Shown piece after piece: positions 40,703 to 50,009 of a stretch of DNA of 64,000 bases. The DNA comes from an uncultured Gammaproteobacteria bacterium. Its GTDB lineage: Bacteria > Patescibacteriota > Microgenomatia > UBA8517. Numbering within the stretch: the stretch's first letter is position 1; every line of letters begins with the position of its first letter. The DNA is taken from positions 2,981 through 66,980 of the forward strand of contig CAZYCE010000006.1 of assembly GCA_964645605.1 (NCBI GenBank), read 5' to 3'. The notes beneath the pieces are model-generated. The model saw nothing but the letters and a program-made list of their open reading frames with translations, did no database searches and had not been told where the DNA came from. A program made the translations under genes and the position numbers.

Positions 40703-41913
40703 AAAAATTACTGGTTTTAGCAATTGCTTTAAGGGTTTTGGTTGGCGCCTTTTTGTTTCACCCCGACATAAAAACATTTAACTTTCAGGCATCTTTTCTT
40801 AAAAAGGGTGTATTTAATATTTATTCCTACCTGGTGGAAAACAAACAAACCCTTCCCCTTAAAGAAGAGTTTGTTTACTTTCCGCTTACATATTTTACCC
40901 TTGGTGCTTATCAGGCAATAGCTTCTCCCGTATTGGGGAGTGGGTTTGACGCATGGCTTGGTAACGCCGACTCAAACGGCGTCGTGCAGGACCCAAATAT
41001 TTTTAAATATTTACTTGTTTTGAAATTGCCATACCTAATTCTTGATATCTCGATAGCATTTTTACTGTTGAAATACTTTGATGACAGAAAGATGGGTAAA
41101 AAAGCTTTTACTATCTGGCTTTTTAATCCATTCACAATTTTTATTATTTATGCGTTTGGGAATGTTGATATCTTCCCGGTTTTCATTACCTTGATTTCCT
41201 TGCTCCTTATTAAGAAAGAAAAATTACTTTGGGCTGCTGCGGCACTGGGAATTGCGGCAGGATTCAAACTGTATCCGCTTCTCTTTGTTCCGTTCCTGGT
41301 ACTGGCCGGTAAAAACCCTAAAGAAAAAGTGCTTCTTGGTGCGATACCTTTAGCCGTATTTGCGGCAATATCGGTTCCGTTCCTGTCGCAGGCGTTTCTC
41401 CGGTCCACTCTGATTTCAGGGCTTACCACGAGAATATTTAACCCGGGTTTTAGCGTTGGTTTTGGCGAATCAATAATTGTAGGACTGCTTCTTTTTTCTG
41501 CACTGTTTTTCGGTGCATGGCTTACGGACAAAAAACCGAACATGTTCAATTACTGGATAGTAATACTTTTGATAATATTTTCTTTCGCACATTTTCATAT
41601 TGCCTGGCTTCTATGGATTGCGCCGCTGGTCGTAATTTTAGTAGTTAAAAAACAGTCCTTTTCCTGGCCAGTCTTTTTATTATCTCTTGCCGCAGTAGTC
41701 ATACCTCTTCTTTACCAGGACAGATCTATGACAATTTCGTTATACAGGGCTTACAGCACATGGTTCGATCTTTTGCCGACTCCCTTTAACGCAATTCAAA
41801 GATTTTACGACCCCTACAATTTACAAAGTATTTTACATACGCTTTTCGCCGGCGGTGCCTTGACTATTTGTTATCTAATATTTAAAAAAGAAGAAAAAGT
41901 AAAAACATCATGA
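40699..41913 (+). CDS. GT-C glycosyltransferase, GT87/PIG-M-like
   Basis: HPD, FVYFPL, LKLPY..D, WLFNP, GNVD, FKLYP. Confidence 0.75.
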   Translation: MKKLLVLAIALRVLVGAFLFHPDIKTFNFQASFLKKGVFNIYSYLVENKQTLPLKEEFVYFPLTYFTLGAYQAIASPVLGSGFDAWLGNADSNGVVQDPNIFKYLLVLKLPYLILDISIAFLLLKYFDDRKMGKKAFTIWLFNPFTIFIIYAFGNVDIFPVFITLISLLLIKKEKLLWAAAALGIAAGFKLYPLLFVPFLVLAGKNPKEKVLLGAIPLAVFAAISVPFLSQAFLRSTLISGLTTRIFNPGFSVGFGESIIVGLLLFSALFFGAWLTDKKPNMFNYWIVILLIIFSFAHFHIAWLLWIAPLVVILVVKKQSFSWPVFLLSLAAVVIPLLYQDRSMTISLYRAYSTWFDLLPTPFNAIQRFYDPYNLQSILHTLFAGGALTICYLIFKKEEKVKTS

Positions 41914-42518
41914 AAAAAATGGTCTGGTTAACAACTGTTTCGGTGCTGCTACTGGTATTCGTGGCACCGGCGGTACTTGCCTCATCTCTTAAAATGATTC
42001 CGGTTAACAATCAACCGGGCTATAATCCAAATTTGAGACTCTCTATTTATAAAATTAGAGATTTCTCGCAAAAAATTGTAGCCAAAGAAGAAAACCTTAC
42101 CGCAATCGGAACCTCAATCAGAAATCCTAATCTGAAAAACAAAACAGACGTAATTTTTACTTTATATGACAACTCAGGCAGCGTGATAAGAACATCTGTC
42201 CTTAATGGTCAGAATCTGGAGGATGGATCTTTTGTCAAATTCGTTTTTCCGGTCATTCCCGACTCCTTGGGAAAAGAATACTTATTTACGATAACTTCTC
42301 CGGGAGCAGGACCTGAAGAAACGATTGAGGTGTTTATTATGAATGCCCCTGAGGCATCCTCAGGCATTATAGAATATACTTACGAAGGTGAAACCCACCC
42401 CGGAGGAATTCCACTGGTTGCCTACAGTCAACCAGGGAGCAAGTTGGAGACTATAAAAAATGTTTATTCTAATTGGCTTTCCAGACTTCTGCATCTCCGT
42501 TCTCAAAAATCAGAGTAA
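41910..42518 (+). CDS. Exported hypothetical protein (beta-rich)
   Basis: Signal/TM N-terminus; ATGA overlap with the upstream gene. Confidence 0.65.
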   Translation: MKKMVWLTTVSVLLLVFVAPAVLASSLKMIPVNNQPGYNPNLRLSIYKIRDFSQKIVAKEENLTAIGTSIRNPNLKNKTDVIFTLYDNSGSVIRTSVLNGQNLEDGSFVKFVFPVIPDSLGKEYLFTITSPGAGPEETIEVFIMNAPEASSGIIEYTYEGETHPGGIPLVAYSQPGSKLETIKNVYSNWLSRLLHLRSQKSE

Positions 42519-44316
42519 AACCCAGATTTATCGGATTGACTTTGGGACTCAAAACTTTTGGAAAATAAAGGATATCCGCCTTGGTTTCGGAGAAAGCGCT
42601 TTTAACCTCGGTAGCATTTTCGCTTGAGAAGATAACCTTCTTGGTTTCCAGTCTGGATTTCCAATCGTAGCCCATGATATCAACCTGCTCATAGTCGTCA
42701 AAATATGTTCTTCTTGCCGACAAGGCCGATACATAAGAGGTATCAAACCAATCCCAAATGTTTGGAGTCGATCCGCCTAAATTGAGGTATTGATCATAAG
42801 GGGGAGTCAACAGGATTGCATTTTCCTGAGTATTCTCCTTTACGTAGTTAAGTGCTTCAATTTCACCATGGGAAATTTTGGCAAAAGCAGGCCTGGAATA
42901 AAATTCGTGCAGGAGTCCAACCTGCGTTGGAATCATTAATATTATCAATATTGGTCCGATAAAATATTTTGCTTTTTTGGGAAATTCTGCAAATTGAACC
43001 CCTGCAAGTATTCCAAAAAATAGAACAAAATATTGCAGGAACTGGCTGGTGTTGCTGGCAACACCTTTTTGGATGAAGAGCATGGGGAGTATTAACGAGA
43101 AAGAAATAATCAATTTGATAATTGGGTGTGTTTTAATAAATTCTTTTAGGCCAATAAATCTCATACCGAGATTTCCAAAAAAGAAAATAATGAAAGCAAT
43201 ACCTTCGTATTCCAATATCCTTAAAATAGATTTGATGCCTCCTCGGGCAACATAAAATTGTCTACGAAGCTCCAAATCCAGCCAGTTTAACCTTGAAGGT
43301 TCCACAACCATTGTTCTTATATACCACCAAGGTTGAAAAATGAGGAAAGCTGTTGAGCCCGAAGTATTGGGAAAATAAAGTACAATTGATAAAATTCCGC
43401 CTACAAAAGTTAAGATTAATGTTTCGAGCTTTTTTTCTTTAATAAACTGCCAAAGGCCGGTAAAGCCGAGTGCGGTAAGAGCTACAACTCCTGCGTAGAC
43501 CTTAAAGCTTACTAAAGTCCCAAATAGTATTGTGCAAATTATAAATAATATGTTTTTTCCTTTTCCTTTTCCTTTTTCCTCTTTAAATAAAATATAAAAA
43601 TATACTGCGGCAAGAATCATAAAATCGGAAATAATTTGAGGCGGGTTGCCGCCGGCACTCTGCGGTTGGGTTGCCCAAAAGATGCTTTCGCCCCCGATAG
43701 TTTTACCCTTGATGTAAGTAACAATGTATCCGAAACTACCCGCGAAATATGTGAAGATTGTTGCCCAGATAGGTGCAGTTTTGTTCTTGGACAATTTTTT
43801 GGTCAAAAAATATGCAGAAGCGCCTAAAAAGATTGAGTAAATGAAAGGAAATATTCTGAAATATAGATCGGCATTATCGATGGGGAGGTATTTACTGGCC
43901 ATTGCCGGCAAAATATCACTGAAGAAATGATAGTTCACGAGTTTTTCGCCGGCGAAAATGGGGTTTTGAAACGGCCAGCCTCTTTTAATTTCCTCCATGA
44001 GTGCAATATGCCATGTCCCATCGTGTCCGTGTGCGCTCCAGAAAAGTAAATCTCCGTTTTGGACAGTTCCGCTCGGAGAGATTACTGCCAGTTGTCCGGC
44101 AATTCCCAAGGAAAAGACGGCAAGAACCAGAAATGTTTGAAGATTAAACTTAACTTTAATTTGCTTGACGGTCTTTACTGCGGGTTTGGCACCGAAAATG
44201 ATTGCAAGAAGTACTATCGGAATAATCAAAAATGGGACATTGAGCACAATTAGAATGTAGGAAATAAGAGTAAGGCCTGCAAAACCCACAATTCCTCCCA
44301 TGAGTATTTTTTCCAT
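42469..44316 (-). CDS. Large GT-C-fold membrane protein (HDGxWH type) with STT3/AglB-like C-terminal core
   Basis: GHDGTWH, NYH, EALNYVKENT..ILLT...WDWFDTSYVSALSARRTYFD. Confidence 0.65.
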   Translation of the reverse strand: MEKILMGGIVGFAGLTLISYILIVLNVPFLIIPIVLLAIIFGAKPAVKTVKQIKVKFNLQTFLVLAVFSLGIAGQLAVISPSGTVQNGDLLFWSAHGHDGTWHIALMEEIKRGWPFQNPIFAGEKLVNYHFFSDILPAMASKYLPIDNADLYFRIFPFIYSIFLGASAYFLTKKLSKNKTAPIWATIFTYFAGSFGYIVTYIKGKTIGGESIFWATQPQSAGGNPPQIISDFMILAAVYFYILFKEEKGKGKGKNILFIICTILFGTLVSFKVYAGVVALTALGFTGLWQFIKEKKLETLILTFVGGILSIVLYFPNTSGSTAFLIFQPWWYIRTMVVEPSRLNWLDLELRRQFYVARGGIKSILRILEYEGIAFIIFFFGNLGMRFIGLKEFIKTHPIIKLIISFSLILPMLFIQKGVASNTSQFLQYFVLFFGILAGVQFAEFPKKAKYFIGPILIILMIPTQVGLLHEFYSRPAFAKISHGEIEALNYVKENTQENAILLTPPYDQYLNLGGSTPNIWDWFDTSYVSALSARRTYFDDYEQVDIMGYDWKSRLETKKVIFSSENATEVKSAFSETKADILYFPKVLSPKVNPINLGFTLIFENGDAEVWKAN

Positions 44317-44340
44317 AGATAAAGTATATATAATAATATT
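44317..44340. promoter_or_regulatory. 24-bp bidirectional promoter: abutting -10 boxes AGTATA|TATAAT, each 6 nt from an ATG
   Basis: CAT-agataa-AGTATA-TATAAT-aatatt-ATG. Confidence 0.68.
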
Positions 44341-45756
44341 ATGAGAAGGAAACTTTGGTTGGTTTTGGCCGGAATTGTTCTTCTCGGTCTGGCAATTAGA
44401 ATTTATAAAATTCAGGCTCTACCTATGTATGGTGACGAGCTTACAATGGTTTACGATATTTATTCGATAGAAAAAACCAGTATGGATTCTACCGGGCAAA
44501 AGCTTCCCCTGACTTTTAGGATGGGTGCCGGCCGCCCTGCCGGATATATTTATTTTTCTGTTCCTTTCGTGGCAATTTTCGGTCCGACCGTTTGGGGTGT
44601 CCGGTCTCTTTCCCTCCTTTCCGGGTTAGGAATCATTGTTTTAATGTACTTTTTGGGTAAGAAACTTTTTGGTGATAAAGTCGGCATAATTGCAAGTTTT
44701 TTGGCTGCGGTTTCTCCATGGGATATTTATCTAAGCCGCGGCGGTTTTGAAGCCCATTTTGCCCTATTTTTGGCGCTTCTCGGGGTTACAATGTTCCTGT
44801 ATAAAAAATATGTTTGGTGGGCAATTGCCTGGGGAATAGCAATTTTAACCTATCCGACGTTCAAGTTAACTCTGCCGGTTCTTTTCCTGGCGCTTGTCTG
44901 GTTTAGCGGCTTTAAGAAATTGGCAAAAGACAAAGTTTTTATTATCGGCCTTGTCGTACTTTTACTTTTCGGCGGAGTTACCCTAAGGGAAACTTTCAGG
45001 GCGGGCAGTGAACAAAGATTTTTAAGCATCAATATTTTTTCAGATAATAATCTGACTCAAAACATCATACAAAAGGTGAACTACGAAAGAACTATTTCAA
45101 CATTGCCCGAGATCATTAAGCCAATTTTTATAAACCGTGAGATCGAATATTCGAGGGTGCTTTTGGATAATTATGTTAAAAACATTTCTCCCGACTTTTT
45201 GATTTTAAGAGGGGACGGAAATCCGAGACATAATCCCGGAGAAATGGGAATGCTTTTCCTGGTAGACTTGCCCCTGATACTTATAGGGTTAATGTATCTC
45301 CTGAAGGAAAGAACGAAGGAGTCGGTTCTACTTTTGGCTTGGGTTTTAATTACACCACTTGCCACAATGTTTTTACCCGAGGCGCACGCTCTTAGAAACA
45401 ATCTGATGCTCCCACCACTTCTTTTAATCATCTCGTATGCCCTCACCAGGATTCCAAGAAAGGCTTGCTACGTCGCCGGAGGACTGATTGCACTTCAACT
45501 AATCTATATTCTGGTACGCATCTATACAATTGCTCCTGCAAAATTTGCCTCTTTCTGGTCAGCTGAAGCGAAAACAGAAGCTCTTTTGGCGATGGATAGG
45601 GTAAACAGCGGGCAAAAGGTGGTCTTGAATGTTAATAAAATCGACAACATTGAGTATGCCTATGAGGTTTATGCAAGACTTGATCCCCGTTTGGTAATTT
45701 CTCAATATGGTAAATTACCAAAAATTTTCGGTAATGTCACTATTACCGACAGATAA
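44341..45756 (+). CDS. ArnT/PMT-like GT-C glycosyltransferase
   Basis: YGDEL, SPW..LSRGGFE, GDGNPRH, HALR. Confidence 0.85.
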   Translation: MRRKLWLVLAGIVLLGLAIRIYKIQALPMYGDELTMVYDIYSIEKTSMDSTGQKLPLTFRMGAGRPAGYIYFSVPFVAIFGPTVWGVRSLSLLSGLGIIVLMYFLGKKLFGDKVGIIASFLAAVSPWDIYLSRGGFEAHFALFLALLGVTMFLYKKYVWWAIAWGIAILTYPTFKLTLPVLFLALVWFSGFKKLAKDKVFIIGLVVLLLFGGVTLRETFRAGSEQRFLSINIFSDNNLTQNIIQKVNYERTISTLPEIIKPIFINREIEYSRVLLDNYVKNISPDFLILRGDGNPRHNPGEMGMLFLVDLPLILIGLMYLLKERTKESVLLLAWVLITPLATMFLPEAHALRNNLMLPPLLLIISYALTRIPRKACYVAGGLIALQLIYILVRIYTIAPAKFASFWSAEAKTEALLAMDRVNSGQKVVLNVNKIDNIEYAYEVYARLDPRLVISQYGKLPKIFGNVTITDR

Positions 45757-45768
45757 TAATCTCTGAAA

Positions 45769-47403
45769 TTATTTTGGTGAGACGATGTAAAAGGCGGGTG
45801 AGCCATTTGATATGTATATTTTTTGAAGAATTTCTCCGTCTTTGAGTCCGTCTACCGGGAAACTCCAAGGACTTCCGATGAAAAGTACACCCTTTTTGCC
45901 TTTATCCAAAGTCCAATTAATATGGCGGAACGTATATTTGCCGAATTTATAGTAGGGTTCATCTCTATCTGAACCCAGATATTTCTGTTCCGTCTGATAG
46001 ATTGCGGGATCGTACTTTAAATAGAAAAGTACATAAAGAAATGGGTTACTGACCATATTTGGGGCATCAACTCCACGTCTCTGGTCGAAAACAATTTCAC
46101 TGTATTCATTTTGATGGTCCTTTACATAAAAAACGGCTTCTCTCCAACCTTCATCAAATGATTCACCTTTGTCTCTTGGAAAGTCCGAGGAGATGATAAG
46201 AAAAGCATGGATGAAGACTATTAATACCACTGCGCCGGAAACGCAAGCAATTAGATATTTCAGATAAGCTTTGTCGATCTTCTTGAAAAATTTATAAATT
46301 TCAATTGCGCCAAGTGTGGTAAAAAATATTAAGATAGGGAAAAGATGTAGGAGACGTCCTGTATGCTTTTGGTTGTTTGTTAGGGAATCGGGCAAAATTC
46401 CGATCAAGGCCCATACTGTGAAAATTCCCTTGTGCGGAATTTTATTTTTAATAAAGCTTACAATTCCGGCGATAAAGAATGGGATTTCAAAAACATAAAA
46501 TATTCCAAGTCCGATAGGGCCGGGCATTGTTGCTTCCAAGCCATTGAAGAACAAAAATCCGGGATCCAAATAACTTAAATACCGTTTGATCCAGAAGAAA
46601 AACAACATAGGTATATCGGAGACTGAATTAAAGTACTTCAATATTACATAGCGGCTGAATTCGATGTCGTTACCGATGAATACCATTTGCATTCTTGTTC
46701 CCGCTCCCTGGAATAAGGTTGTATAAACAAGCGGAAGCCCTAAAACCAGACAAACCGCCCCAAAAGCAATAATAACTCTCCAATTCTTTTTAAGTTTGGA
46801 AAAACTGACGATGAATGCACCTATTAAAAACGGAGGAATAAAAAGTCTTGGTGCGAAAGACGTGTACATTGTTAATACAAAGAAAAACGCCGAAAGAACT
46901 GCCCAAATAATTTTTCCGTCTAACATTTTTATGAAAAACCAGACCCCAAGTAGAATAAAAAGACTTGCAATTATTGCTTCGTAGGCAAATCTTGAGTAGA
47001 AAATATGCCAGGCGGAAATTGCCAGAAAGAAACTGCCGACCAGGGCAATATCTTTTCTTTTGAATACAGATAATAGGAACAGAAAAAAGATGGGGATGGA
47101 GAGCGTCCCTATTAACGCATTTGGAAACCTGACTGCAAAATCGGTAAGTCCGAATAATTTTATTGAAGGAACCATGAGATAGACGGGGAGAGGGTTTTTA
47201 TAATCACCTATTGATTCAAAAGTTAGCGGCATAAACTTACCGTGTTCGTCTTTGCCGGTTTCCAGGATTGAATAAGCAGAGTAGCCAAAAGAAATTTCAT
47301 CACCGGTTAAGCTTGGAGGATTTACGGTTATTTTATAAAACCTCAAAAATCCCCCAATCAGGGTAATTAGTATGACCAGTATCAACAAAGTTCTTTTTTT
47401 CAT
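45769..47403 (-). CDS. ArnT/PMT-like GT-C glycosyltransferase
   Basis: TGDEISFGYSAYSILETGKDEHG, GDYK, SRFAYE, HTGR. Confidence 0.85.
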   Translation of the reverse strand: MKKRTLLILVILITLIGGFLRFYKITVNPPSLTGDEISFGYSAYSILETGKDEHGKFMPLTFESIGDYKNPLPVYLMVPSIKLFGLTDFAVRFPNALIGTLSIPIFFLFLLSVFKRKDIALVGSFFLAISAWHIFYSRFAYEAIIASLFILLGVWFFIKMLDGKIIWAVLSAFFFVLTMYTSFAPRLFIPPFLIGAFIVSFSKLKKNWRVIIAFGAVCLVLGLPLVYTTLFQGAGTRMQMVFIGNDIEFSRYVILKYFNSVSDIPMLFFFWIKRYLSYLDPGFLFFNGLEATMPGPIGLGIFYVFEIPFFIAGIVSFIKNKIPHKGIFTVWALIGILPDSLTNNQKHTGRLLHLFPILIFFTTLGAIEIYKFFKKIDKAYLKYLIACVSGAVVLIVFIHAFLIISSDFPRDKGESFDEGWREAVFYVKDHQNEYSEIVFDQRRGVDAPNMVSNPFLYVLFYLKYDPAIYQTEQKYLGSDRDEPYYKFGKYTFRHINWTLDKGKKGVLFIGSPWSFPVDGLKDGEILQKIYISNGSPAFYIVSPK

Positions 47404-48482
47404 TGTTCCTTTATCTCGTAGGTGCTACCTAGATACTTTTCAAGTCTGAGTGATTCTCTGGTTTTTACATCGATAGATATAACTGCAATTTGGAAAATTA
47501 CGAAAATGATAGTGATGGCTAAAAATATTCTACCGATTATATTCCCCTTTAGATTTAGTAGGCTGAAAATTCCCTGCGAAATTACAAAAATTATTATTGG
47601 GAAGAAAAGAATAAGGCGGTTTAACGACACAATATCTTTTGCAAGGATCGATGGAATTGTCAATATAGTAGAGATTAATAAAATTTTTCTTGTACGTGAA
47701 TTTTGGAGTAGTTTATACAGTCCGTAGGCAAAAGGGATTATGAAACCCAAAATTATCGGTGGACTAAATGAAAATCCTAAAAGCTTGTATTGCGGGGTAA
47801 AAAAAGCCACGGGCATCAGCTGAGAAATATATTTTAAGACAAAGTACTCGCTAAAAAATAGATATTTATTCTCGGAAAGTCTAGCCAGATTTTTATATCC
47901 TTTTTCAGCGGCAGCACCCTGGTAACGGTTTACAGTATTAAGAAGACCGGGATCGGAAAAAATTTGTATCTCGTTACTCAAACTGTTTCTAAATCCGGTT
48001 ACATTTCTAATGGTAAATAGAAAAAGCGGAATTAATAGTACAGTAGTAATCAGTAAAGAAGTTTTCAAGTCTTTTTTGGGCACTATCTTAAATAAAATTA
48101 ACGCTGAAAATATAAGGGGAACAATCAATAAAAAGTTTATGGAGCTGTAAATCCCAATTATCAAACCGGAAATCAAAGTAATGTTCCCCAAAATTCTATT
48201 TTTTCCCCGAACGAGCAAAAGCCCATGGATGGTCAGCAGTGTCGGGAAGAGTAGAAAAACATAAAATGAATGGGCAAGTGTTAAGTAATAAACCCATGGG
48301 GAAAGAAGGTAAATTAAAATCGGAATAAATCGAGTTTTGCCTTTCAAAAAGTGTCCCGCTATAAGCCAGATTATAAGGGCGTTAATTATAAAAATTGGGA
48401 TGTAAAATTGATCCGGAATTGTTACTGTTGTGCGTAGTACATCGGCAAAAAATAAATTTTTCACTGTATAATGAAGAGGCAT
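47400..48482 (-). CDS. Shortened, degenerate ArnT-like GT-C paralog lacking the N-terminal DE loop
   Basis: LSPW and spacing of later motifs match the neighbours; ATGA overlap with 45769-47403; alternative start at 48500. Confidence 0.65.
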   Translation of the reverse strand: MPLHYTVKNLFFADVLRTTVTIPDQFYIPIFIINALIIWLIAGHFLKGKTRFIPILIYLLSPWVYYLTLAHSFYVFLLFPTLLTIHGLLLVRGKNRILGNITLISGLIIGIYSSINFLLIVPLIFSALILFKIVPKKDLKTSLLITTVLLIPLFLFTIRNVTGFRNSLSNEIQIFSDPGLLNTVNRYQGAAAEKGYKNLARLSENKYLFFSEYFVLKYISQLMPVAFFTPQYKLLGFSFSPPIILGFIIPFAYGLYKLLQNSRTRKILLISTILTIPSILAKDIVSLNRLILFFPIIIFVISQGIFSLLNLKGNIIGRIFLAITIIFVIFQIAVISIDVKTRESLRLEKYLGSTYEIKEQ

Positions 48483-48484
48483 AT

Positions 48485-49969
48485 ATGCATAGGTTACCAT
48501 ATTTAAAAATAGTTGTCTTCACTATTGTTTTGATATTTACCTTCATTCTTAGAGCTCACAATTATGAAAGGGTTCCGACCTCAAACCATTTAGATGAGCA
48601 GCTCTATGCGCTTTCCGGAATTAATTTAATTGAAACAGGAACTCCGGTCTCGTGGTCAACTCTGGATTACCCGAAAAGTGCAGAGGTTTTTAAAGGTGCA
48701 ATCTCATATAAAGGAGGAGCGCCTTCCGCGTCGGTAACTTTGTATAAACCCTGGCTGGATGAGCCGCCTGCCTTTTCTTTAATAGTTGGCGAGGCAGCCC
48801 ATCTTTTCCATGCCGACAGGAACGGTTTTATCCCATCCTCCTACATCCGGTTTCCGATGATTTTTATATCTGCCCTAACTTCGATTTTCGTATTTCTGAT
48901 AGCCAGAAAAGTCAGCGGCTACTGGACGGGGATATTGGCAATGCTGATTTACGGAACTGAACCGATTATGGTAATGGCTTCAAGATCGGCCATGCCGGAG
49001 ACTTTTATTGCACTTCTTTTCTGTTTAAGCGTTTATCTGCTCTTAAAATATCAAGATTCTAAAAAATTTATATATATTGCCCCGATTCCTATTCTGGCCG
49101 GAATTGCGGGGCTTTCTAAACCAACAGGCTACTTTATATTGCCGCTGGCTATTTTTGTAGTTTTTGTAAGGCTTTATAAGGATAAGCCTGTTAAATGGCG
49201 GCCGATAATTAAAAACCTTGCCTATTTAATTCTTGCAACCCTGCCTTTTCTTGCGATTTACATCTGGTACGGCAATCATTTTAGTCCGGAAATATTTTCA
49301 AGGATTCTTTCTATTCAAGGTTCCCGTCCCGCAGGTTTTAACAGTCTTGCCTGGTTTTTCATAACCCCCAGTTTTGATACATCAATTTTCAGGAGCAGCT
49401 GGTATGTTTTTTGCCTTGCCGCGGCCGCCTTCTTTGTTTTCCGACCTAAAGAAAAATCGGCGCAACTTATTAGTTTGAGTTTTGTTTATTGGCTGGCCGT
49501 TATAATGCTGTCCTCGGGTGAAAATGATCTTTTAGCCTGGTACCGTTTTCCGATATTGCCTTTTTTGGCAATTTTTGGCGCATGGGGGATTCAATATCTT
49601 TTTAAGAAAGCTGATTTCTTTGCGACATTCTTTGCTGCAGGGTTTCTGCTTGGAAGCAGAATGCTTTTAGTTAACGCTTTTCGTCCGAATATTGCAGTCG
49701 GAACCTATCGTCTGGCTTTTTGTAGCCTGGTTGCCCCCTCTTTACTTAATTTGGTGTTCAAAAAAGACTGGCTTAAGAAAATTTCTCAAATTGTAATTAT
49801 TGGTGTGGTAATTGTGGGTATGTGGTGGAACGTTAAATATATTTACAATGCTTATGAACTTGCTTGCGAGAGCCAAACTTGTCCTATGGTTCCGTCTACC
49901 GCGCTCTCAAGCCTTCACTATCCCTTGATCTGGCGCTTCTTTGTATTAGGCAAACCTGCCCTACAATAA
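48485..49969 (+). CDS. ArnT/PMT-like GT-C glycosyltransferase
   Basis: HLDEQLY, DEPP, SRSAMPE, LSKPTG, WYR. Confidence 0.82.
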   Translation: MHRLPYLKIVVFTIVLIFTFILRAHNYERVPTSNHLDEQLYALSGINLIETGTPVSWSTLDYPKSAEVFKGAISYKGGAPSASVTLYKPWLDEPPAFSLIVGEAAHLFHADRNGFIPSSYIRFPMIFISALTSIFVFLIARKVSGYWTGILAMLIYGTEPIMVMASRSAMPETFIALLFCLSVYLLLKYQDSKKFIYIAPIPILAGIAGLSKPTGYFILPLAIFVVFVRLYKDKPVKWRPIIKNLAYLILATLPFLAIYIWYGNHFSPEIFSRILSIQGSRPAGFNSLAWFFITPSFDTSIFRSSWYVFCLAAAAFFVFRPKEKSAQLISLSFVYWLAVIMLSSGENDLLAWYRFPILPFLAIFGAWGIQYLFKKADFFATFFAAGFLLGSRMLLVNAFRPNIAVGTYRLAFCSLVAPSLLNLVFKKDWLKKISQIVIIGVVIVGMWWNVKYIYNAYELACESQTCPMVPSTALSSLHYPLIWRFFVLGKPALQ

Positions 49970-50009
49970 TTTACATGACGTTTTGAAGCTGGTAACATTG
50001 AGGTAATAT

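Noticed and set aside
48395-48484. Longer N-termini in the ORF track (also 5538, 6872, 9517, 17156, 21934, 59472, 63441)
   Set aside because: They overlap neighbours or promoter motifs; downstream starts fit the -10 or SD spacing and family N-termini better
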